A stretch of DNA of 64,000 bases from OCS116 cluster bacterium AG-435-F03 (GTDB lineage Bacteria > Pseudomonadota > Alphaproteobacteria > MED-G09): assembly GCA_003212795.1 (NCBI GenBank), contig QCOV01000003.1:78676-142675 (forward strand), given 5' to 3'. The notes beneath the pieces were generated by a model. It did not search any database and was not told where the DNA came from. It saw nothing but the letters and a program-made list of their open reading frames with translations. Positions 29,084 through 38,606 of this stretch are shown one piece after another. Position numbers and translations under genes: made by a program. Position 1 is the stretch's first letter. Every line of letters begins with the position of its first letter.

Positions 29084-29245
29084 ATGAATTTAAATAAAGA
29101 TATAATAGATTTTAAAGAACCAGAACTTAGAAAAAAAGTTGATAGAATCCAATATGAGAGAGAAATGACATCAATTGCTATATTTTTATTTATAGAAAAA
29201 CTTTCAAAATTCTTCGGAATTTCACAATCTCAATTCAAACAATAA
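29084..29245 (+). CDS. Small protein, 53 aa
   Basis: AGGA RBS; MNLNKDIIDFKEPELRKKVDRIQYEREMTSIAIFLFIEKLSKFFGISQSQFKQ*; not in the ORF track. Confidence 0.55.
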   Translation: MNLNKDIIDFKEPELRKKVDRIQYEREMTSIAIFLFIEKLSKFFGISQSQFKQ

Positions 29246-29283
29246 TTTAAAACAACAACATTTTGTTCTATATTTTCTCTGTA

Positions 29284-30144
29284 ATGAGAGAAAACACAAT
29301 CGTAGTTGATGGATTAACTTTTCCTGAAGGCCCAAGGTGGTACAAGGATAAATTATATTTTTCGGATTTTTTTACTCATCAAGTTTACGCTACAGACCCC
29401 TTAGGGGACTGCACTAGTATACTTAAAGTGCCTAACCAGCCATCCGGTTTAGGATGGTTACCTGATGGAACTCTTCTTGTTGTTTCTATGATTGATCAAA
29501 AAGTTTTAGCATATAAAGATAATGCATTAACAGAATATGCAGACTGTTCTGAATATGCCAATTTTCATTGTAATGATATGATAGTGAATACGAATGGGAA
29601 TGCGTATATTGGGAATTTTGGTTTTAACAGTCGTAATAATGAAAGTATCAAATCTACAAATCTCATTCTTGTTCGACCGAATGAGAAACCTATAGTAGCT
29701 GCAGATGATCTCTATTTCCCTAACGGAACAATCATAACAGAGGACAACAAAACTTTAATAATAGGTGAAACTTACGCTGCAAAATTAACTGCTTTTGATA
29801 TTAATGATGATGGATCATTATCAAACAGAAGATTATGGGCTGATTTAGCTAATATAGAGAAAGACTATAGGCCAGTTCCTGATGGAATATGTCTTGATAA
29901 AGAAAATGCCATTTGGATGGCCTCTCCAAGCACAAATGAAGTCATTCGAATACAAGAAGGTGGCATCATACTTGATAAAATAAGTGTTCAAACAAATGCT
30001 TACGCTTGTGTATTGGGAGGAAAAGATAGAAGAACATTATTTGTTTGCACATCAGGAGGTTCGGATATGCAATCCTGTATAGAGAAGAAAGAAGGTAGAA
30101 TAGAATCTTTTCAAGTTGATATTCCAGGAGCTGGAATTCCATAA
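29284..30144 (+). CDS. SMP-30/gluconolactonase/LRE family protein
   Basis: FPEGPRW, PSGLGWLPDG, CNDMIV, FPNG, PDGICLD; ATG 29284 preferred. Confidence 0.88.
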   Translation: MRENTIVVDGLTFPEGPRWYKDKLYFSDFFTHQVYATDPLGDCTSILKVPNQPSGLGWLPDGTLLVVSMIDQKVLAYKDNALTEYADCSEYANFHCNDMIVNTNGNAYIGNFGFNSRNNESIKSTNLILVRPNEKPIVAADDLYFPNGTIITEDNKTLIIGETYAAKLTAFDINDDGSLSNRRLWADLANIEKDYRPVPDGICLDKENAIWMASPSTNEVIRIQEGGIILDKISVQTNAYACVLGGKDRRTLFVCTSGGSDMQSCIEKKEGRIESFQVDIPGAGIP

Positions 30145-30171
30145 AAAAACCCCAGCTAAACTGGGGTTTTT
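30145..30171. terminator. Bidirectional intrinsic terminator
   Basis: AAAAACCCCAG-CTAAA-CTGGGGTTTTT between convergent genes. Confidence 0.85.
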
Positions 30172-30191
30172 CTTTTTTTATTTAGTTAAAT

Positions 30192-32660
30192 TTACCATTT
30201 AACTCCAGCCTCAATACCATAAGACATTGGTGGACCATATAATGTAAAGTTCCAAAGACCGGCAACGTTGTTAGATCCGTCTCTGTACATTTCATCATTT
30301 AAGTTCTGTCCCCACAATTTAACATAATATTGATCGGCAGCATCTCTCCAAGTTACATTAGCGCTTATAATAGTTCTTTCCTCAAGCTGACTGTAAATCG
30401 GATTAGTAGGTTGAGTTTCAGCCTCATCTTGGAAATAAGTATTAAGGTTATATGTAACCGAACCCATATCACCTAATTCTTGATCATATGTAAAAGATAA
30501 ATACCAACTTAGTTCTGGTGAGAAAGGTAAGCCAAAGCCACTAAAATCAGTTGGATTATCAATACCATCATTTGGTGTTTCATCCCAAACAAAGATATCA
30601 TATTTATGATCCATAACGGCTACATTACCATCAATACGAAGATTATCTGTCGCAAGATAATTAAATTCTAGCTCAAAGCCTTCGTTTGTAGATTTACCAG
30701 CATTAACTTTAACAGTTTCCTGATAAGGTGGAATTGGTAATGGAAGAACCTGATTTCTTTGTAGATCTTCAAATTCAGTATTAAAGATAGCTACATTTAG
30801 TCTTAAACGACCATCCATAAAGTCACCCTTCATACCAAGTTCAATATTCGTATTGGTTTCTGGATCATAAGGATAAGCACAAGAATATGTTGTTGAGCAA
30901 GTTTCAGTATAACCACCTGCCATAAACCCTGTTGCCAATGAAGCATAGAACATCACATCTTCATTCATTGTATAATCAACAACAAATCTGTAAGTTGATT
31001 CACTCCAATCGTCTTTATTATCAACACAGATTGTTCTTAAATCACATGATAACCAGTCAGTATTATATAGAGCAATATCACTGTCACGAGTATAACCACC
31101 TGTACTAATATTATTATTTGGTCTGCCTAAAGCATTATTACCAAGAGTTCCTGTTTCACGAACAAACTGTTTTTCATCTTCTGTTTCACGAATACCTGCA
31201 GAAATTCTCCAAGCTTCATTTATTTCATAAGTAAAATCAAAGTAATATGCCTTACTTGTTCTGTTTTGATGAGTAGCAGTAGATGAATAATCAGTATGAA
31301 TCCATCCTGGTACACCAAGGAACCATTGAAGACCAACAGCAGCATAAGCAGCAAAGTTTAGATTGTCCTCAGCATAACTCACACCTGCTGTAAAATTAAA
31401 TGGACCATCAAATTCACTTGTTAAACGAAACTCTTGTTGCATTTGGTCTCTCTCGGTATTTCTAGAAGCATCATATAAACTTGCAAAAGCTTCACCAGTA
31501 TAAGTACTAGCATTCCTCTCTTCATGATTTCTATAACCCGTTATTGACTTTAATGTGTAGTTATCGCCAATAGCAAAAGTTTGGTTAAAGTAAATACCTT
31601 TACTATCCATTCTGTGGCCCTTACAAATCGAAATTACAGAATTACAATGATAGCTTTCTCCAGTGGCATATGGATTGCTCCATTTCTCTCCACCCCAATT
31701 AGGTGAAGGAGTATGGATTCCAGGAAAACCTAATAAACAAAAAAGTTGGCCACCAGGACAATCAGTTTCATTAACTGTAGGAGGTGAACCAGAGTCATCT
31801 TTACTAATTTCAAAAATTAGATGACCAGAATAACTTGCATTTGGTTCAAATAGTAATTTAACTTTAGCAGCTAAAACATCTTTACCACCAAGATCTCCGC
31901 CATCACCAACATTTGATAAGCTTGTTCCATCATCAGGCCAAGCTGCGGCTGGATTAAGAACAATTGGTCCAGGAAAATCACCAGCTGGTTTAGAGTTAGT
32001 ATAAAAACCTTGGCTCTTATCCCAAATAGCTGCAACTCTCATTGCAATCTTTCCTTCAACAATTGGCGCATTAAGAGCAAGTTTAAATTTATTTATACTT
32101 CCTTCATTCCAATCGTATTGACCTGCCATAGCACTAAACTCACCTGACCATTCGTCAAGTACAGGCTTTTTTGTTGTCACTGAAATCACACCACCAGTAG
32201 CATTCTTTCCGAAGAGAGTTCCTTGCGGACCTCTATAAACCTCGATTTGTTCAATATCAAACATTTCAATAAACTGGGATTGCACATGATTTAATCCAAA
32301 GTCATCAACCAAAAAAGCAACTGAGGGGTCTTCTGTAACTAGAATAGAAATACTTCCTGTACCTCTAATTCCACCTGCAACAGCATTAAATGCAGGTTGC
32401 AAAGTTAAGGTTACATTAGGTACCAAACTAGCAATTGCTCTTGGATCATTTGCATTTTGATTAGCAAAAGCCTGTTCAGTAATAGCTGAAACAGCTATCG
32501 CGGCATCTTGCTGGCCAATATCACGCTTAGTTCCCGTAACAATAATTTCCTCTATTTCTAACCTACTACTTGGCCCTTCTTCTTGAGCATAAGATGTGTT
32601 GATTAAAAATAATGAGAAAGCAATAGCTATCGTTAAGTTTATTCTAGTAATTATTTTCAT
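30192..32660 (-). CDS. TonB-dependent receptor
   Basis: Signal peptide, EEIIVTGTKR TonB-box region, IEVYRGPQGTLFGKNATGG plug motif, C-terminal aromatic residue. Confidence 0.93.
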   Translation of the reverse strand: MKIITRINLTIAIAFSLFLINTSYAQEEGPSSRLEIEEIIVTGTKRDIGQQDAAIAVSAITEQAFANQNANDPRAIASLVPNVTLTLQPAFNAVAGGIRGTGSISILVTEDPSVAFLVDDFGLNHVQSQFIEMFDIEQIEVYRGPQGTLFGKNATGGVISVTTKKPVLDEWSGEFSAMAGQYDWNEGSINKFKLALNAPIVEGKIAMRVAAIWDKSQGFYTNSKPAGDFPGPIVLNPAAAWPDDGTSLSNVGDGGDLGGKDVLAAKVKLLFEPNASYSGHLIFEISKDDSGSPPTVNETDCPGGQLFCLLGFPGIHTPSPNWGGEKWSNPYATGESYHCNSVISICKGHRMDSKGIYFNQTFAIGDNYTLKSITGYRNHEERNASTYTGEAFASLYDASRNTERDQMQQEFRLTSEFDGPFNFTAGVSYAEDNLNFAAYAAVGLQWFLGVPGWIHTDYSSTATHQNRTSKAYYFDFTYEINEAWRISAGIRETEDEKQFVRETGTLGNNALGRPNNNISTGGYTRDSDIALYNTDWLSCDLRTICVDNKDDWSESTYRFVVDYTMNEDVMFYASLATGFMAGGYTETCSTTYSCAYPYDPETNTNIELGMKGDFMDGRLRLNVAIFNTEFEDLQRNQVLPLPIPPYQETVKVNAGKSTNEGFELEFNYLATDNLRIDGNVAVMDHKYDIFVWDETPNDGIDNPTDFSGFGLPFSPELSWYLSFTYDQELGDMGSVTYNLNTYFQDEAETQPTNPIYSQLEERTIISANVTWRDAADQYYVKLWGQNLNDEMYRDGSNNVAGLWNFTLYGPPMSYGIEAGVKW

Positions 32661-32684
32661 TTTAATTCCCCTTAATTACATATT

Positions 32685-35225
32685 TTAATAATTGAATTTA
32701 GCTCTAACACCAATAGATCTAGGAGCTCCATATCTAGCAAAGTTCCAAAGTGTAGCAACTGGGTTAGCAGATACTCTGAATACTTCATCAGTAAGGTTTT
32801 TACCCCAAAGTGTAAGTGCCATATTTTCATTAACTTCCCAAGTTACAAAACCATTAACAAGCGTTCTTTCTTCAGCTTGTGTATTACGCTTTTGTAAAAT
32901 AACTGGATTGTCAGCTGTTCCACCGGCTGCATTAGCAGGTAGTGGGCTTAATTCAAATTCATCACGATGATGGAAACCTAAATTATATATAAGTGAACCA
33001 CCTGAAGCTAAATCCTGGAAGTATGTCACAGATAAACCAGCTGTTAATTCTGGAGAAAATGGAACATTAAGACTTGAAAGATCAGGATTAATTGTAACAC
33101 CAGAAGGTGCGCCAGCTGTTAATGTACCAGCATCCAGACCAGGAGAATATTCGTCATATTCATGATCAAGTATACCTAAGAAACCATCAAAACGTAGGTT
33201 GTCTGTTGGAACATAAGTAGCTTCAATTTCAAAACCAGTTGCTGTTGATTCACCTTCGTTAACAGCAGCAGTTTCCTGGAATTGTGTATCACCAACTAAA
33301 CGAACTTTCACTGAGTCTCTTTGAAGACTTTCATACTCTGTTTGGAAAACAGCAGCATTCAATCTCAATCTACCTTCCATTAAATCAGCTTTCAAGCCAA
33401 GTTCAATGTTAGTATTTTCCTCATCGTTATAAGGCTGACAAGTAAATGTTGATCCACATGTTTCTGTAAAACCACCTGCAACATAACCCGTTGCAATACT
33501 TCCGTATATTAGCGTGTTTTCATTCAATGCATAATCTAGAACAACTCTCCAAGTGTCTGCTTCAAAATCTTTACTATCATCAATAGCAACACCGAAGTCT
33601 TCTTTGTTTAGAGGATTTGTCCAAGGTCCTAAATATTGATCAGGTGTAAATATAAGAGCAAAGCTAGCTCCATCAGGTGCATATTGACGTCTATAGAAGT
33701 CTTTTTCATCTTCTGTGTGTCTAGCACCAACTGTTAATTTTAATTGATCACTAATGTCATAACTAGCATCAATGTAAACAGCTTTACTTGTTCTATCCTG
33801 ACCAGATGCCTGAATTTCAGCAACATTTGCAAATTGTAATGCTCCTGAAGTACCGGCCGGTGAAATTAAGTCAACAAAACCTAAATTACCATAAACAAGA
33901 AACTCAACATCATCAGTATAATAAGCTGCGCCTGCAACAAAATTAAAAGGTCCATCATAATCTGAAGTTATTCTGAATTCTTGTTGGAATTGTTCTCTTC
34001 TTGTATTTCTTGCAGCGTCATAAAGTGATGTAAAAGACTCACCAGTATATGTACTATTTAATATTTCATCTTGATCTCTTTGACCTGTGATAGATTTAAG
34101 AGTGAAGTTTTCAAAATTAAATGTTTGAGTTAAGTAAACACCTTCAACTTCAATTTCATGTCCTCTAGCAACACAAGTAAAGGTATTACATGTTCTAGAT
34201 TCACCTGTGATAAAAGGATTGCCTGGATAAGGTCCGTCTCTATAACCTGGAAAACCTAATATTGGGAATAAATAAGCTTCCGCGCCACCGCCAGGTGTAT
34301 CATTTGCCGTAGCAGGTGCATCACCTTGATCATCAAGTAATTCATAAGTTAAATCTGCTCTGTAGAAATCATTAGGCTGATAAAGCACTTTAAATTTAGC
34401 AGCAAGAACATCCTTACCACCAATTTTACCACCATCACCTACTGATGTATAAGTGCCATCTGCATTTTTAGTAGTGCCTTTATCATTAATTTGTCCACCC
34501 TCAGAATATAAAGCTAATGCTCCAGGACCACCAATTGCGAGTATATTCCCAGATGGCTTACTATTAGTCCAATAGCCTTCTTCTTCATCTTGAATAACAG
34601 ATATACGTACAGCTAATTTGTCTCCAATGGGGAAATTAATTGCTGCATTTATTTTTTCGATTGATGCATCATTTGAAGCATACTGACCATAAGTTGCTTC
34701 AACATCAAAGGTAGTTTCACCAAGAACAGGTTTCTTTGTTGTGAAAGCAATCGCACCACCAGTTGTATTCTTACCGAATAATGTTCCTTGGGGACCACGG
34801 TAAATCTCAACCTGCTCCATATCGAACATTTCGATAGCTTGAGCTTGCACATGGTTAAACGCAAAATCATCAACCACAATACCAACAGATGGGTCTTTAG
34901 TTACAAGAATTGAAATAAAACCTGTACCACGCATACCACCTGCAATAGCATTAAAACCATTTTGAGGAGTTAAAGTAACATTAGGCGCAAGTTGTCCAAG
35001 GGCAAAAACATCATTTCTAAATGTATTTTCAAGTTGCTGTTCTGTAATTGTTGATACAGCTATAGGAACATCCTGCTGAGAAATATCTCTTTTCGTTCCT
35101 GTCACAATAATTTCTTCAATACCAAGACGACCATCTGAGACAGTTTCATCTTGAGCGAATGCATTAAAGTTTAATCCTAATGTAAATATAAATGAAATAA
35201 TTGTTAAAAATCTGATTGAAAGCAT
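32685..35225 (-). CDS. TonB-dependent receptor (paralog of the downstream gene)
   Basis: EEIIVTGTKRD, VEIYRGPQGTLFGKNTTGG, WGKNLTDE, GAPRSIGVRAKFNY. Confidence 0.93.
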   Translation of the reverse strand: MLSIRFLTIISFIFTLGLNFNAFAQDETVSDGRLGIEEIIVTGTKRDISQQDVPIAVSTITEQQLENTFRNDVFALGQLAPNVTLTPQNGFNAIAGGMRGTGFISILVTKDPSVGIVVDDFAFNHVQAQAIEMFDMEQVEIYRGPQGTLFGKNTTGGAIAFTTKKPVLGETTFDVEATYGQYASNDASIEKINAAINFPIGDKLAVRISVIQDEEEGYWTNSKPSGNILAIGGPGALALYSEGGQINDKGTTKNADGTYTSVGDGGKIGGKDVLAAKFKVLYQPNDFYRADLTYELLDDQGDAPATANDTPGGGAEAYLFPILGFPGYRDGPYPGNPFITGESRTCNTFTCVARGHEIEVEGVYLTQTFNFENFTLKSITGQRDQDEILNSTYTGESFTSLYDAARNTRREQFQQEFRITSDYDGPFNFVAGAAYYTDDVEFLVYGNLGFVDLISPAGTSGALQFANVAEIQASGQDRTSKAVYIDASYDISDQLKLTVGARHTEDEKDFYRRQYAPDGASFALIFTPDQYLGPWTNPLNKEDFGVAIDDSKDFEADTWRVVLDYALNENTLIYGSIATGYVAGGFTETCGSTFTCQPYNDEENTNIELGLKADLMEGRLRLNAAVFQTEYESLQRDSVKVRLVGDTQFQETAAVNEGESTATGFEIEATYVPTDNLRFDGFLGILDHEYDEYSPGLDAGTLTAGAPSGVTINPDLSSLNVPFSPELTAGLSVTYFQDLASGGSLIYNLGFHHRDEFELSPLPANAAGGTADNPVILQKRNTQAEERTLVNGFVTWEVNENMALTLWGKNLTDEVFRVSANPVATLWNFARYGAPRSIGVRAKFNY

Positions 35226-35487
35226 AATGTAATCCTCCCCACAAAGTGATTGATTGCTTCAAGTAGTGAACTCAATTTAATTAAAGTGATTCTCATATAT
35301 TAAGAGGCTAATTTCAACTTTTATTTTTCGAAATTATTGAATTACCATATTTAGAGTAGAAATTATCGAAATAACAATATATAGGGGTTTTTTATTACAG
35401 AAAATGCGTTAAAAAGCCCTAAAAATGGGATTTACTAGATAGTTTTTTAAACATATTATCTTATAGTTAATTTTAATAGGATTTGAA

Positions 35488-36261
35488 ATGATTATAGTTC
35501 TTTCTCCAGCAAAAACCTTAGATTACTCTTCTTCGGAAAATATAAGTGATTTCTCATCACCGGAATTTCTCAATAAATCAAAAAATTTAATTAATGAGTT
35601 GAAAAAAAAGAATGCTAAAGAGATTTCTAGCTTAATGAAATTAAGTGAAAAACTTACATCATTAAATCTTGAAAGATATCAAAACTGGAAAGCACAAAAA
35701 AAACCCTCAGATAATGCAAAACAATCAATTTATGTTTTTAAGGGCGATGTTTATCAAGGATTAGATGTTGATAGTTTTGCACAAAAAGATATTAGCTTTG
35801 CTCAAAAACACCTAAGAATTTTATCTGGCTTATATGGCATCCTTAAACCATTAGATATTATTGAGCCATATAGATTAGAAATGGGAACTAAATTACAAAC
35901 TAAAAATGGATCTGATTTATATGATTTTTGGGGGAAAGATATTTCAAAAAAAATTGAAAAAGAACTTAATGATATGAACTCCAATTTATTAATCAATTTA
36001 GCATCTAATGAATATTATGACTCAGTTCAGTCTTTATCGAATAATATTAATGTTGTTTCCCCTGTTTTTAAAGATAAAGGGAAAGATGGAAAGTTTAAAA
36101 TAATTAGCTTTTATGCAAAAAAAGCTAGAGGTTACATGGCATCTTGGTTGGTCAAAAATAAAATTAAAAAAGAGCAGGATATCCATTCATTTTCTGAAGA
36201 AGGATACAGTTTTTCAATTGAGGAATCTAGTAATGGCGTCCCTGTTTTTTTAAGGGGTTAA
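35488..36261 (+). CDS. yaaA: Peroxide stress protein YaaA
   Basis: LSPAKTLD, FKGDVYQGL, LSGLYG, YRLEMG, NLASNEY, SFYAKKARG. Confidence 0.92.
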   Translation: MIIVLSPAKTLDYSSSENISDFSSPEFLNKSKNLINELKKKNAKEISSLMKLSEKLTSLNLERYQNWKAQKKPSDNAKQSIYVFKGDVYQGLDVDSFAQKDISFAQKHLRILSGLYGILKPLDIIEPYRLEMGTKLQTKNGSDLYDFWGKDISKKIEKELNDMNSNLLINLASNEYYDSVQSLSNNINVVSPVFKDKGKDGKFKIISFYAKKARGYMASWLVKNKIKKEQDIHSFSEEGYSFSIEESSNGVPVFLRG

Positions 36262-36268
36262 TTTTTTA

Positions 36269-36297
36269 TTGAGATCATATCTTTGTTGATTTATAAA
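36269..36297 (+). promoter_or_regulatory. Putative sigma70 promoter of tRNA-Ala
   Basis: TTGAGA-N17-TATAAA ending 15 bp before the tRNA. Confidence 0.45.
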
Positions 36298-36312
36298 GGC
36301 TTATTCAAATAT

Positions 36313-36388
36313 GGGGCCATAGCTCAGTTGGGAGAGCGCCTGCTTTGCAAGCAGGAGGTCGTCGGTTCGATCCCGTCTGGCTCCACCA
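36313..36388 (+). tRNA. tRNA-Ala(TGC)
   Basis: GGGGCCA/TGGCTCC acceptor stem with G3:U70, anticodon TGC, GGTTCGA T-loop, encoded CCA. Confidence 0.97.
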
Positions 36389-36469
36389 TTAATTTCTAAA
36401 AATAAATGATAACCATAATGATTAAGCCTTAAACTTGACTTAATTGATATAAAACTAGATTAAAGAATA

Positions 36470-37465
36470 ATGAAAATAGAAAGATCATATCCAGATACAA
36501 GGATGCGTAGAATTAGGAAAAGTTCTGCCTTGAGAGAAATGCTTGCGGAAACAACATTATCAAAAGCAGATCTTATACAACCTATATTTATAAAAGAAGA
36601 TTTGAAAGGTAGAGAAGCCATTAAATCAATGCCTGGAATAAATCGTTTAGGTCTTGATATTTTGAATGACGAAATAAAGAAAATTATAGATTTAGGTATA
36701 AAATCAGTAGCAGTTTTTCCAGTCATTAATGAAGAAAAAAAAGATGAAATAGGCTCACAAGCAACAATCGAAAATAATTTTATTTGCGAGGCTATATCTG
36801 CAATAAAAAAAAACTATCCTGATTTGGTGGTTATAGCAGATGTAGCATTAGATCCTTACACTGATCATGGGCATGATGGATTACTAAATGAAACTGGTGA
36901 TGTGGATAATGATTTAACACTTCCAGCTTTAAGAGAGCAGGCACTTGTTTTAGCTAAGGCAGGAACAGATATAATTGCTCCCTCAGATATGATGGATGGA
37001 AGAATTAAAATAATTAGAGATGCACTAGAACAAAATGATTTTATAAATACACTTATACTTGCTTATTCAGCAAAGTTTAGTTCAAAATTTTATGGGCCTT
37101 TTAAAGATGCAGTAGAATCAGCAAAATTTTTTGGTAACAAAACTAAAGATACATATCAAATGCCCGTCCAGAATATAAATGAAGCATTGCATGAAGTAGC
37201 TTTGGATATTCAAGAGGGAGCTGACATTGTAATGGTTAAACCTGGTATGCCTTATTTAGATGTAATTAAAGCTGTTAAAGACGAATTTAAGGTTCCAACT
37301 TTTGCTTATCAAGTAAGTGGTGAATACTCCATGCTAAAAAATGCTGTGGAAACTGGACTCTTAAGTGATGATGTTATTAAAGAGTCCCTCTTATCTTTCA
37401 AAAGAGCAGGAGCAGATTGTATCTTAACCTACTTTGCTTCAGAAATTGCTAAAGACTTATCCTAA
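36470..37465 (+). CDS. hemB: Porphobilinogen synthase (Asp-rich, non-Zn type)
   Basis: DVALDPYTDHGHDG, APSDMMDGR, YGPF, MVKPGMPYLD, AYQVSGEY. Confidence 0.95.
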   Translation: MKIERSYPDTRMRRIRKSSALREMLAETTLSKADLIQPIFIKEDLKGREAIKSMPGINRLGLDILNDEIKKIIDLGIKSVAVFPVINEEKKDEIGSQATIENNFICEAISAIKKNYPDLVVIADVALDPYTDHGHDGLLNETGDVDNDLTLPALREQALVLAKAGTDIIAPSDMMDGRIKIIRDALEQNDFINTLILAYSAKFSSKFYGPFKDAVESAKFFGNKTKDTYQMPVQNINEALHEVALDIQEGADIVMVKPGMPYLDVIKAVKDEFKVPTFAYQVSGEYSMLKNAVETGLLSDDVIKESLLSFKRAGADCILTYFASEIAKDLS

Positions 37466-37466
37466 A

Positions 37467-38534
37467 TTAAGCTTTAGCCTCTAAAACAATATTAGACTCA
37501 ATATCAAGACACCTTCTTTCAATATTTTCAAAACCTGCCTCATTGAGAACTGAACGTAACCTTTTCTCTCCGGCTTGGGCACCAAGCTGCAATCCAACTT
37601 CTTGTGCTCTTGATGTCGGAACACATATTAAAGTTGAAAAAGAATAGTAAAGTCCTGATTGTGAATTCAGATTATCCTTTAATTCATCATTAGCAAATGG
37701 TTCAACAAGCATAAAAGTCCCATCATCATTAAGTGTGTTTAAAATGGCCTTTGATACTCCTACTGGATCACCCATATCGTGCAAAGCATCAAATATACAT
37801 GCAAAATCATATCCTTTTTCGGGAATATTTTTTGCGTCAGAAACAGCAAATTCAATATTATCTACACCCTCTATCTTTGCCTTTTCTCTTGCTTTAATAA
37901 TTGATGGTTCATGGAAATCATATCCATATATTTTAGATTTAGGAAAGGTTTTTGCCATAAGAAGTGAAGAAGAACCCAAGCCACAACCTATATCAGCAAC
38001 AGTTGCTCCGGCTTCAAGCTTTTCTTTTACTCCATCAAGAGATGGTATCCAGTTTTCTAAAAGATTAGTTACATAAATAGGTCTAAAGAATCTATCAGTA
38101 CCACAGAAACAGCACTCGTGGTGTTCTTCCCATGGTCTTCCTCTACCAGTTTTAAATACATCTAATGCAACATCGTGAGTAGCATATTGAGCAACGATAC
38201 CTTGGAATAGCCCTTGCATACATGTTGGCTCACCTTCATGAGCAAAAATTGCTGCTTGCTCAGGAGTTAAACTAAATTGATCACTATCTTCATGATAAGT
38301 GATATAACCCATTGCAGCATTAGCCGATAACCACTCTAATAAATATCTTTCATCAAGATTTGTTTTTTTTGCAAGAACTTCAGCAGAACATGGACCATGC
38401 TCATCAAGAGAAGAATATACTCCTGCTTGATCGCCAATATATGCAACTAATAGACTCCCTGCAGCTGAAACATTTTCAAAAACTTTACCGGTTAATTCCA
38501 TTAATTTTTCTTCATTAAGCTCAACCTTACTCAT
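37467..38534 (-). CDS. Class I SAM methyltransferase with N-terminal wHTH (Rv2258c-like)
   Basis: ERYLLEWL, VADIGCGLG, FDALHDMGDP, LGAQAGE. Confidence 0.85.
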   Translation of the reverse strand: MSKVELNEEKLMELTGKVFENVSAAGSLLVAYIGDQAGVYSSLDEHGPCSAEVLAKKTNLDERYLLEWLSANAAMGYITYHEDSDQFSLTPEQAAIFAHEGEPTCMQGLFQGIVAQYATHDVALDVFKTGRGRPWEEHHECCFCGTDRFFRPIYVTNLLENWIPSLDGVKEKLEAGATVADIGCGLGSSSLLMAKTFPKSKIYGYDFHEPSIIKAREKAKIEGVDNIEFAVSDAKNIPEKGYDFACIFDALHDMGDPVGVSKAILNTLNDDGTFMLVEPFANDELKDNLNSQSGLYYSFSTLICVPTSRAQEVGLQLGAQAGEKRLRSVLNEAGFENIERRCLDIESNIVLEAKA

Positions 38535-38606
38535 CACTAACTCCTTGTTTATTAATTAAATAATCTATAGAAAAAATTGTTTTGAAGAAATAAAAATGAT
38601 TATTTT

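Noticed and set aside
35226-35487. Riboswitch (cobalamin or TPP) in the receptor leader
   Set aside because: No conserved aptamer motifs; only one imperfect AT-rich inverted repeat
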